Origin: Salinispira sp.
GTDB lineage: Bacteria; Spirochaetota; Spirochaetia; DSM-27196; Salinispiraceae
Assembly: GCA_965602015.1 (NCBI GenBank)
Contig: OZ271918.1
Span: 3,168,001-3,232,000, forward strand
Direction of reading: 5' to 3'
Length of the DNA stretch: 64,000 nt
The notes beneath the pieces are model-generated. The model saw only the letters and a program-made list of their open reading frames with translations. It had not been told where the DNA came from and ran no database searches. Every line of letters begins with the position of its first letter. The stretch's first letter is position 1. Shown piece by piece: positions 1-7,806 of the stretch. Made by a program: the position numbers and the translations under genes.

Positions 1-1
1 C

Positions 2-1420
2 AGGCTGTTCGGCAGCATCGATATCCCGTCGGAGGCTTCCGCCGGCGGCGAAAGCCCCTACGGTTTCCTGTTCCTGCGCCCTGGATCGATAATCCGGGCC
101 AGCGGCGGATACCTCATCCTTCGGGCAGAAGACATTCTCATGGAAGAAGACTCGTACATCAGCCTCAAGCGCGTTCTTCAAAACGGCAAGACCGAAATAC
201 GCAACCCGAGCCCCGGTCCTGGAATGAGCTCCCACGGCTACATCAAGCCCGACCCAATCAGGGTGAAACTCAAGGTCGTGGTGATGGGCAGGGAAGCCCT
301 GTATGACGCCCTGTACCTGCAGGATGAGGACTTCCAGAAACTCTTCAAGGTTCCTGCGGAATTCGATTACGTCATGCCCAGGAACGAAAAAACCATGGGC
401 GAATACATCAACTTTATCAACCTGGTGACCAACGGCGAACGGCTTCGCAGCGTCACTCCCTCAGGCGCCGCGGCTATCCTGGAATACGGCGTACGGCTGG
501 CGGAATTCCGCGATCAGCTCTCAACCCAGTTCAGCCTGGTGGCTGATATCCTACGGGAATCCAACTACTGGGCCGGCGTGGAAGGCCGGAAGGTCATCGA
601 CAGGGAAGCCATCGAGAAAGCCCTGAAAGAGCGGGCCTTCCTTCTCAACATGCCGGAGGAAAAAATCGATGAGCAAATTCGAAGCGGCGAACTGCTCATC
701 CGCATTCACGGAAAGGAAGTCGGCCGGGTAAACGGGCTGGCAGTGCTTGACCGGGGATACTACAGCTTCGGCAGACCGACGGTAATCAGCGCCCAGGCTG
801 TCCCTGGCAACGACGGGCTCATAAATGTGGAACGGGAGGCGGGCCTGAGCGGTGAGATCCACGACAAAGGATCCTACATCGTAGAGTCCTATGTTCACGC
901 CCGATACGCCAGGAGCTTTCCCCTGGCGATGACAGCCCGGATTGCCTTCGAGCAGAGCTACGTAGAGGTTGAAGGAGACAGCGCCAGCTCAAGCGAGATT
1001 TTCTCCCTGCTTTCGGCAATCGGAAACATTCCCCTTCGACAGGATGTCGCAGTGACCGGCTCGGTCAATCAGATGGGCGAGATCCAGCCGGTTGGCGGCG
1101 TTATCGAAAAAATCGAGGGATTCTTCGAGGTCTGCCGCCAGCAGGGCCTGGACGGCCGCCAGGGGGTGGTAATACCCCATCAGAATATCGAAAGCCTTAT
1201 TCTGTCTCGGACGGTGAATGATGCGGTGTCCCGGGGCGATTTTCACATTTGGGCGATCAAGACCATCGACGAGGGAATGGAAATTCTCAGCGGCCTTCCT
1301 GCGGGAGAACGGGATGGCAGCGGAGCGTTTCCCGAGGGAAGCATAAACCGCATTGTTGAAGACCGGCTTCGGGAGATGGCGGAAATTATGAAAGACGGTC
1401 CGGACTCTGAAGAAGACTGA
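2..1420 (+). CDS. Lon-family (LonC/LonB-like, S16) protease, 5' truncated by window edge
   Basis: Frame is open from position 2 (RLFGSID...RPGSIIRASGGYLIL). Lon_C catalytic Ser in EGDSAS, TGSVNQMGEIQPVGGV, and dyad Lys in GGVIEKIEG. Confidence 0.9.
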   Translation, partial: RLFGSIDIPSEASAGGESPYGFLFLRPGSIIRASGGYLILRAEDILMEEDSYISLKRVLQNGKTEIRNPSPGPGMSSHGYIKPDPIRVKLKVVVMGREALYDALYLQDEDFQKLFKVPAEFDYVMPRNEKTMGEYINFINLVTNGERLRSVTPSGAAAILEYGVRLAEFRDQLSTQFSLVADILRESNYWAGVEGRKVIDREAIEKALKERAFLLNMPEEKIDEQIRSGELLIRIHGKEVGRVNGLAVLDRGYYSFGRPTVISAQAVPGNDGLINVEREAGLSGEIHDKGSYIVESYVHARYARSFPLAMTARIAFEQSYVEVEGDSASSSEIFSLLSAIGNIPLRQDVAVTGSVNQMGEIQPVGGVIEKIEGFFEVCRQQGLDGRQGVVIPHQNIESLILSRTVNDAVSRGDFHIWAIKTIDEGMEILSGLPAGERDGSGAFPEGSINRIVEDRLREMAEIMKDGPDSEED

Positions 1421-1542
1421 AGATTATTCCAGCATATGCCGAAATACATAAAAACTATCCAAATTGAGAATTGCATTGCCTGCGAATCGATTTATACTAT
1501 AATGAGATAGCAGTCAAAAAGGTTTACACAGGTCCGGATTGT

Positions 1543-3021
1543 ATGAAAATAGACGCAGAAAAAGTACGCAAGGCAGCCCGCAGCTCAGTTCCGTTAACAG
1601 TAAAGACCTACACCCTCCCGAATGAAACGGAATTGCAGCTGGAAGAGATTCTTGAAGTATTTCTTCTTGAAATGGGCCAGGAAACCCTCAAGGATTCCCT
1701 GTTCTACTGCCTCCGCGAACTCGCAGTGAACGCAAAAAAGGCGAATACCAAGCGGGTGTACTTTCAGGAACTGGATCTGAACATCGACGACGAGCGGCAA
1801 TACCAGGAGGGCATGGAAAATTTCAAGCAGTCCACCCTGGATAATATTCAGTACTATTTAAAAAAGCAGAAGGACGCCGGTCTCTACGTAAAAATAATCT
1901 TTCACGCGAAAGCCGACAAACTCCATATTTACATTATCAACAACAGCGAAATGACCAGGAAAGAGCAGATGCGGGTATATGACCGCATCGCCCGCTCCCG
2001 GGCCTTCAACAGCATGGAAGAAGCTCTCGCCACCGTATTGGACGACAGCGAGGGAGCCGGCCTGGGAATCGTCATTCTGGTCCTGATGTTAAAAAAACTC
2101 GGGCTGGATGAGGATGCGTTCGATATCGATACCGAGGAGGGCGAAACCATCGCCCGCATATCGGTGCCCATGAGCGAGGTGCGCCTGGAGCAGATAGGCG
2201 AAATATCCGCAAAACTCACTCAGCACATCGACAGCCTTCCCCAGTTCCCGGAAAACATCGCCGCGCTTCAGGCGGAAATAAAAAATCCCGACGTGGAAAT
2301 GTCCGATATCGCCCGGAAAATCGCCACTGACCCGGCGCTCACCGCGGACCTGCTTAAGCTGGTCAACTCAGCCGCCTACATGCTGCCGAAACGGGTGGAC
2401 AATATAGGCGAGGCGGTGAAGCTCGTCGGGCTGCGAACCCTGGGCACAATGCTGTTCTCCTACGGCGCACAAAAAACCCTTGGTGAAGGCACCGAAGAAA
2501 CCAAGGGCCTGTGGATGCACAGTCACCGAACGGCATTTTACGCCTTCACCATCGGCCGCAGTATTCTAAAACGCAAGGATATCCTGGACGACGTGTACGT
2601 TGGCGGCATACTCCACGACATGGGTAAAATAGTCTTCAGTTCGGTGCACCCGGATCTCATCTCCAACATTCAAAGTTTTACCCAGCAGAAAGGAATACCC
2701 GCTCACCTCTTCGAGGACTTCTCTGCAGGTCTCAACCACGCCGAGCTGGGCGCCATGATCGCCGAAAAATGGAACTTCCCCGAAGTTCTCACCGAATCCA
2801 TCCGCTACCATCACGATCCGCACAGCGCGGACCGCAGTCATCAGGTCGTGGTGGACACCGTCTACCTCGCCAATGCCCTTGCGAATATCGATGAAAAAAC
2901 CCACGGCTATGAGCAAATAGACCCAACCGTCGTCGGCCGCTTCAATATTCCCAGCCTGGATCATCTCATGAGAATCCACGCCAAGCTCGGGCAAAAATTC
3001 GAGGAAGAGCGGACAATGTAA
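1543..3021 (+). CDS. HDOD-domain signalling protein with N-terminal HATPase-like domain
   Basis: HDOD signatures (SLPQFP, DPALTADLLKLVNSAAY, LHDMGK, HAELGAMIAEKWNFP, IRYHH). N-terminal LRELAVNAKKAN and EGAGLG resemble N and G2 boxes. ATG 1543 preferred to TTG 1471. Confidence 0.85.
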   Translation: MKIDAEKVRKAARSSVPLTVKTYTLPNETELQLEEILEVFLLEMGQETLKDSLFYCLRELAVNAKKANTKRVYFQELDLNIDDERQYQEGMENFKQSTLDNIQYYLKKQKDAGLYVKIIFHAKADKLHIYIINNSEMTRKEQMRVYDRIARSRAFNSMEEALATVLDDSEGAGLGIVILVLMLKKLGLDEDAFDIDTEEGETIARISVPMSEVRLEQIGEISAKLTQHIDSLPQFPENIAALQAEIKNPDVEMSDIARKIATDPALTADLLKLVNSAAYMLPKRVDNIGEAVKLVGLRTLGTMLFSYGAQKTLGEGTEETKGLWMHSHRTAFYAFTIGRSILKRKDILDDVYVGGILHDMGKIVFSSVHPDLISNIQSFTQQKGIPAHLFEDFSAGLNHAELGAMIAEKWNFPEVLTESIRYHHDPHSADRSHQVVVDTVYLANALANIDEKTHGYEQIDPTVVGRFNIPSLDHLMRIHAKLGQKFEEERTM

Positions 3022-3077
3022 ACCCCGCCCGCTCAGCCCCGAGGGTCACTCCGCCGAAAAAAACCGGAGTTACTCAA

Positions 3078-3130
3078 TTGACAGCGACCATGTTATATAT
3101 TATTTTCTTAATATACAATAATAATTATAT
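3078..3130 (+). promoter_or_regulatory. Sigma70-type promoter and AT-rich PerR/Fur-like box upstream of glutaredoxin-osmC
   Basis: TTGACA(3078)-N17-TATTTT(3101). CAATAATAATTATAT (3116-3130) matches TTATAATNATTATAA at 11/14 positions. Confidence 0.45.
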
Positions 3131-3144
3131 TGAGGAGAGCTTCC

Positions 3145-3375
3145 ATGGCGGTATCAATATACACTACCCCCAGCTGTACCTTTTGCGTAAAAGCCAAGCA
3201 GTGGCTTAGAGAAAACAGAATCAGCTATAAAGAATTCAACGTGGCAACCGACCAGAAAAAAGCCGATGAAATGGTAAGAAAATCAGGACAGATGGGCGTA
3301 CCGGTGCTGGACGTCCACGGCAAAATCATTGTCGGATTTGACCGCGACAAAATCAAGGCAGCCCTTCGACGGTAG
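3145..3375 (+). CDS. Glutaredoxin-like (NrdH/YruB family) protein
   Basis: CTFC redox motif, GQMGVPV cis-Pro motif, IIVGFD. SD GAGGAG before ATG 3145. Confidence 0.92.
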   Translation: MAVSIYTTPSCTFCVKAKQWLRENRISYKEFNVATDQKKADEMVRKSGQMGVPVLDVHGKIIVGFDRDKIKAALRR

Positions 3376-3452
3376 ATGCCCCGGGCTGCGGTCGACGCTG
3401 CGCTTCGTCCCGGGGAAGCACAGCATAAAAGTGACGTAAATTGGAGGACAGC

Positions 3453-3908
3453 ATGGCAAAAAGTAACGCACAGTGGAAGGGCGGAATGGCCTTTGATATC
3501 GATCTTCAGAATCATACAATTCCCGTAGACGCCGTGGAGCAGTTCGGCGGCCGGGGATACGGCCCCCAGCCCAAGGGTTTGATGCTCAGTGCCCTGGCGG
3601 GGTGCACCGCCATGGACGTCACATCGCTGCTGGATAAAATGAAGGTTCCCTTCGAGGCATTCACCGTTGACGTTTCGGGAGAAATGGCCGACCAGCATCC
3701 CAAGGTCTATACCCGGGCAACTATCCGTTACGAATTCAGCGCAGACACTACAAGCTTTGCCGAAAAAAAGGTTCTTCGGGCCATTGACCTCTCGCTGAAC
3801 AGCTACTGCGGAATTGCAGCGACAATGAAGCACAGCACTGAAATCAGCTACGAACTGGTCCTCAACGGATCGGTCATCGCCAGCGGTAAGCAGGGCGACG
3901 AGACCTAA
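3453..3908 (+). CDS. OsmC/YhfA family protein
   Basis: GPQPKGLMLSALAGCTAMD and second Cys in YCGI. SD GGAGG before ATG 3453. Confidence 0.9.
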   Translation: MAKSNAQWKGGMAFDIDLQNHTIPVDAVEQFGGRGYGPQPKGLMLSALAGCTAMDVTSLLDKMKVPFEAFTVDVSGEMADQHPKVYTRATIRYEFSADTTSFAEKKVLRAIDLSLNSYCGIAATMKHSTEISYELVLNGSVIASGKQGDET

Positions 3909-3980
3909 ACACTTGCCCTGTACAGCAGGCTTCTTTTTTTTACTTACTCAGTAAGTCGGATCCCGGCGGGCTGATTACTG

Positions 3981-4832
3981 TCAAGCGGCACCATGCCAAA
4001 CCGACAGAGCGATTCCGCAGGCCACAGAGACGTTGAGCGAGGCCTTGGTTCCGCCGCCGGTGATGCTGACGATGCCGTCCCGGCGCTCACCGAGAAACTC
4101 AAGCAGATCCGGGTGCACCCCCAGTTCCTCATTCCCCACAACAAGCCATCCCCGGTCCGGCAGCCCTGTCTGACAAAGCACCCAACCGCCGGTTTCCAGT
4201 GCCGCGCTCCATTCACCGCTTCCATCCACCGAAGCGATGAAATCAGAACGGCCCAGTACCCCCCAGGGAAGCCTTCCGCTGGCTCCCATGCTGGTCCGGT
4301 CCAGACGATTACTGCCGGGCTGAGGAGTCTCCGGCGAAACGATGATATACCTGATAGTAAAAAACTCCGCGCTCCGGAAAATTGCGCCGACATTGTAGGG
4401 CGAGCGGATGTCGTCGAGATACAAGCCCTTTTCACCCTGCCGCAGCGCGGGAAGCCGGGGCGGTTCCCCAAGACTGAGCCGGAACCTTCCCGGGTCCCCA
4501 GCTTCCCCGCCGGAGCCGGGGTTGTGGCGGTCCCAGTCGGCGGCTACCTTTCCCAGCTCCTCCATGAGAATGTGCCTCAGGCGGTTGGCGGCGAATGACG
4601 CATGGATGCTGTAACTTGCGCTTATCATTTTCGCCAGTTCTCCGGGTTCCACCAGGGCTGAATCCGCATCGCCGCGGGACAGCGCCACGTGGAGAGCGCT
4701 AAAAAACCGCCGATAGCTCTCTGCCTCAGCGCTGCCGGAACTCAGAGCGGCTTCGAAATCGCCGATGAGCCGCATGAGTTTTCGCTTTTGGGTTCCTTCG
4801 GGAAGTCCGAGGAATTTTTTAATGGTAATCAT
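3981..4832 (-). CDS. TrmH/SpoU family RNA methyltransferase
   Basis: LDDIRSPYNVGAIFRSAE, VVGNEELGV and SLNVSVA SPOUT motifs, with an N-terminal extension. Confidence 0.9.
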   Translation of the reverse strand: MITIKKFLGLPEGTQKRKLMRLIGDFEAALSSGSAEAESYRRFFSALHVALSRGDADSALVEPGELAKMISASYSIHASFAANRLRHILMEELGKVAADWDRHNPGSGGEAGDPGRFRLSLGEPPRLPALRQGEKGLYLDDIRSPYNVGAIFRSAEFFTIRYIIVSPETPQPGSNRLDRTSMGASGRLPWGVLGRSDFIASVDGSGEWSAALETGGWVLCQTGLPDRGWLVVGNEELGVHPDLLEFLGERRDGIVSITGGGTKASLNVSVACGIALSVWHGAA

Positions 4833-4837
4833 GGTGT

Positions 4838-5986
4838 TTAATATGCGGTTTTAATCAGTTCGCAGATGCGCTCTGAGCTGAGGGCGAGTCCGCAGCTTTC
4901 ATTAAAAGGAAACTCAGAGGCCCGTTCGCAGATGCGCTGCAGTTCATTAAGACTGAGATTAAAATCCCGCAGCCTGGTCGGCAGCTCCAGCCTGGCAAGC
5001 ACTCTGCGGATCGAAGCCGCCGCCAGAGGTGCAGCCTGGGCACTTTCCAGTCCGCTGATGTCTTCACCAAGGGCGTCGGCGATTTTTGCCAGCCGCTCGG
5101 GTTCTCGTTCGAGGTACATATCCAGAATATGGGGCAAAAGCACCATGGCTATCCAGCTTTTGGGAACCTGAAACGCCGAGTTGATCATGTACTCGAGGGT
5201 TCCGCCTATGCCCTGACCTGATGTTGAAAGCCCCATGGCTGAAAACAGGCCCCCTTTGCTGGCCATTTCCCGGACTGCAAGATCATCGGGACGGCGAAAT
5301 GTTTGAATCAGCGCTCTGCGCAATAGCGATATGGCCTCGAAAAGATGAACATCCGAAAGGAAATTGCGCTTTGCCGACAGAAATCCTTCAATGGATGCCA
5401 GAAGGGTATCGAGAATAGCGACGAGCTGATACTTGCTGCTTAAGCTCATACTGAGCTTGGGATCGATTATCACCGCCTTGGTCATGTTCGGAGGGAGATT
5501 GATAAGCAGGGCCTGTTCGCTCACCGAATCGGTTATGACGCAGCTGCTTTTCATCATAAAATGATTTCTGCATGAGTTGGGAATCTCGACGTAGCTGCAG
5601 TGCACCGAGGGCGGGATTTTACCCAGCAGAATTTCATTCAAGCCTACATCGCTTCCAATGAGGACGCTTGCGACCCTGGCCAGCGAAAGCACCCGCATCC
5701 CGCCAAAACCCAGTACGACCTGAATTTTGCCGGCTTTGCCGATATCGGCGATGGTCTCGATGGCTGCGGTTTTGATGCCCGGTCTGATGTCGTCAAAAAT
5801 GACCGGGTCAATTCCTGAGGCCCGCAACAGGCCCTGAATTTTTTGAAAATCATCCCGCACCTTGCCGTTTTGCTCGGTTACCAGCATCACCCGGCTTCCC
5901 AGGGGGCTAATGATCTCAGGGAGAGACTGGACGCTGTCCACCCCGAATCGAAGTTTCTGTATCCCCTGAAAATCAAGTTCATTCAT
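4838..5986 (-). CDS. Iron-containing alcohol dehydrogenase homologue lacking metal ligands
   Basis: Fe-ADH fold motifs (AVIIDPKL, LELPTRLRDF), but His ligands are replaced (DTLLASIE, GTLEY, PKSW). Start at 5986 (SD AGGAAG) because the upstream ATG overlaps the -10 box. Confidence 0.8.
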   Translation of the reverse strand: MNELDFQGIQKLRFGVDSVQSLPEIISPLGSRVMLVTEQNGKVRDDFQKIQGLLRASGIDPVIFDDIRPGIKTAAIETIADIGKAGKIQVVLGFGGMRVLSLARVASVLIGSDVGLNEILLGKIPPSVHCSYVEIPNSCRNHFMMKSSCVITDSVSEQALLINLPPNMTKAVIIDPKLSMSLSSKYQLVAILDTLLASIEGFLSAKRNFLSDVHLFEAISLLRRALIQTFRRPDDLAVREMASKGGLFSAMGLSTSGQGIGGTLEYMINSAFQVPKSWIAMVLLPHILDMYLEREPERLAKIADALGEDISGLESAQAAPLAAASIRRVLARLELPTRLRDFNLSLNELQRICERASEFPFNESCGLALSSERICELIKTAY

Positions 5987-6065
5987 GAGTCTTCCTGATG
6001 AGCCGGCCGATGGCTGCTCACCGGACGACGGTTTTACTCTCGCGCTGCTTTGCCTTTCAGTAAAA

Positions 6066-6094
6066 ATCATAGAGGATGTACCGCCAATATTCAA
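6066..6094 (-). promoter_or_regulatory. Sigma70 promoter of ADH-like/trmH operon
   Basis: TTGAAT-N17-TATGAT on the minus strand. Confidence 0.65.
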
Positions 6095-6192
6095 ATTATT
6101 TAGTGCCCCCAAAACAGCTGATTTAAAACCCGGTCAAACCCCTGCAGGGCACAGCAAACACTTTAAAGACAGCTGCTCCAGCCCCCGGGTAC

Positions 6193-6221
6193 AAAAAAAC
6201 CGCAGGGGTTAACCTGCGGTT
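6193..6221 (-). terminator. Intrinsic terminator after flgM
   Basis: AACCGCAGG/CCTGCGGTT hairpin followed by a T tract on the minus strand. Confidence 0.85.
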
Positions 6222-6238
6222 GGATTGAATTGGAATGT

Positions 6239-6523
6239 TTAGAGCCCGAAGGCATCGAGCAGTTTTTCGGCGACCTCATCGAGCACCCGGTCGTTTATGT
6301 AGGAAGGATCTTTTAATTTTTCCCGGACCTCGGCGATTCGGTCTTCACGGACTTCGGAGCTGTTTTTTACCTCTTCCGAAAGTTTCAGCATTTCCGCCTT
6401 GACCTTGGCTTCGCTTGATACGGAGATGGAATCCTGCTTGGATTTGGGCTCGACCTTGCCAGCTTTTTGATTTTTATTGTAGGTCGATATAGGATCTAAT
6501 GGTCCAAGACGTTCGATACTCAT
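6239..6523 (-). CDS. flgM: Anti-sigma28 factor FlgM
   Basis: DSISVSSEAK...VREDRIAEVREKL..PSY..VAEKLL pattern, 94 aa, with a sigma28 promoter upstream. Confidence 0.9.
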   Translation of the reverse strand: MSIERLGPLDPISTYNKNQKAGKVEPKSKQDSISVSSEAKVKAEMLKLSEEVKNSSEVREDRIAEVREKLKDPSYINDRVLDEVAEKLLDAFGL

Positions 6524-6546
6524 GATAATCCTTCCTTCGTTTCTAA

Positions 6547-6574
6547 GTATCGGCCATTTCGCCGCAATTGTTAA
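6547..6574 (-). promoter_or_regulatory. Sigma28 (FliA) promoter of flgM
   Basis: (T)TAAC-N15-GCCGATAC versus consensus TAAA-N15-GCCGATAA. The -35 overlaps the rsmI stop codon. Confidence 0.75.
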
Positions 6575-7266
6575 GACCTTTTTCCCTGTCCTGAAACAAG
6601 TAATGCAAATTCGCCTTTTACCGATGGGCGCTCTTCCAGGGACGTCTTTATCTCGGCAGGGCTGCCTAAAAGCAGCTCCTCATGGCTTTTTGTCAGCTCC
6701 CTGCCGCAAATAACGTCCCGATCGTCATTGTATTCACTGCACAGTTCGTGGAGATCCTTCAATAGTTTTACAATTCGGTACGGCGATTCGTATACAATAA
6801 AAGCATCGCCCAAATTCAGCAGCTCCTTGAGCTGATTTTTACGGCGTCCGCCTTTTGGACTGAGAAAGCCTTCGAAAATCACCCGTTTGCCCGGGAAGGG
6901 GTTCACTGACATAAGCGCAGCCATCGCAGACGGACCGGGAATAGGAGAAACGCTCATCCCCTCTTGGAGTATCAGCCTGGCAAGGCTGCTCCCGGGATCA
7001 CTGATTCCCGGAGTGCCTGCGTCGGAAATATAGGCAACGGATTTGCCCTCGGCAAGCATTCCCCGGATTCTGACCGCCGCCTGTCTTTCATTGTGGGCAT
7101 GGCAGGCAATCAGCGGCTTTGAGATGCCGTGGGCGTTGAGCAGCTTGAGACTGTGCCGGGTGTCTTCACAGGCAATGGCATCCACCTCTTTGAGGACCTC
7201 CAGAGCGCGGAGGGTGATGTCCTTCAAATTACCGATTGGCGTGGCCACCATGTAGAGTTGCGCCAT
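6571..7266 (-). CDS. rsmI: 16S rRNA C1402 2'-O-methyltransferase
   Basis: LYMVATPIGNLKDITLRAL, CEDTR, SDAGTPGISDPG, YESPYR, RELTK, KGEF. Confidence 0.96.
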   Translation of the reverse strand: MAQLYMVATPIGNLKDITLRALEVLKEVDAIACEDTRHSLKLLNAHGISKPLIACHAHNERQAAVRIRGMLAEGKSVAYISDAGTPGISDPGSSLARLILQEGMSVSPIPGPSAMAALMSVNPFPGKRVIFEGFLSPKGGRRKNQLKELLNLGDAFIVYESPYRIVKLLKDLHELCSEYNDDRDVICGRELTKSHEELLLGSPAEIKTSLEERPSVKGEFALLVSGQGKRS

Positions 7267-7352
7267 AAGGCCTCCGGGTGCCCGAAGTGTCCCGGTACTC
7301 GGGTCGGGCGAATTTTATGCCGATAGTGTATCAGAATATTGGAGTATTATCC

Positions 7353-7787
7353 GTGAACAGCGCCTACTTCGTCATGGCCTTTCTCGCCGTGGTCATCATA
7401 CTGCTCATCCTCACCATCGTCCGCCTGGGAAAGAAGGATTTTACCCATCTGGCTGCCAAAATGGCGGATAAGGACCGCGACAGGCTTGAAGTTCTCAGAC
7501 CATGTCCGGTATGCGGCACCATGCTTCGCCGGGGCGAAACCGTCCATTCGGTGTATTACCGCAATAAAAGCCGGGAGAACCACCAGCTTCCGGTTGAAGA
7601 GATCTATACCGAAATCTACGGTTGCCCCCACTGCTGGCCGGCAAATGATAGGTCACCGCGCATCTGCCCGGTCTGTCGCAAAACCGTTTCCGAATCCGGC
7701 TACCTGGTGGCCCGAACATTTAGAAAACCTGGCAGGAAGGACCATGTTCACGTCATAGGCTGTACCGAGTGTAAACGGGTCCGCTAA
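7353..7787 (+). CDS. Membrane-anchored protein with four CxxC motifs (putative double Zn ribbon)
   Basis: N-terminal TM helix, then CPVC, CPHC, CPVC, CTEC. GTG 7353 has SD GGAG (alternative ATG 7317). Confidence 0.75.
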   Translation: MNSAYFVMAFLAVVIILLILTIVRLGKKDFTHLAAKMADKDRDRLEVLRPCPVCGTMLRRGETVHSVYYRNKSRENHQLPVEEIYTEIYGCPHCWPANDRSPRICPVCRKTVSESGYLVARTFRKPGRKDHVHVIGCTECKRVR

Positions 7788-7806
7788 GAAACGTGCGAAT
7801 CATAGG

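Noticed and set aside
5987..6060. ADH-like leader beginning AAAGGCAAA, resembling a c-di-GMP-I riboswitch
   Set aside because: There is no paired P2 stem with a GNRA loop and no GCAAAG/P3 receptor elements.
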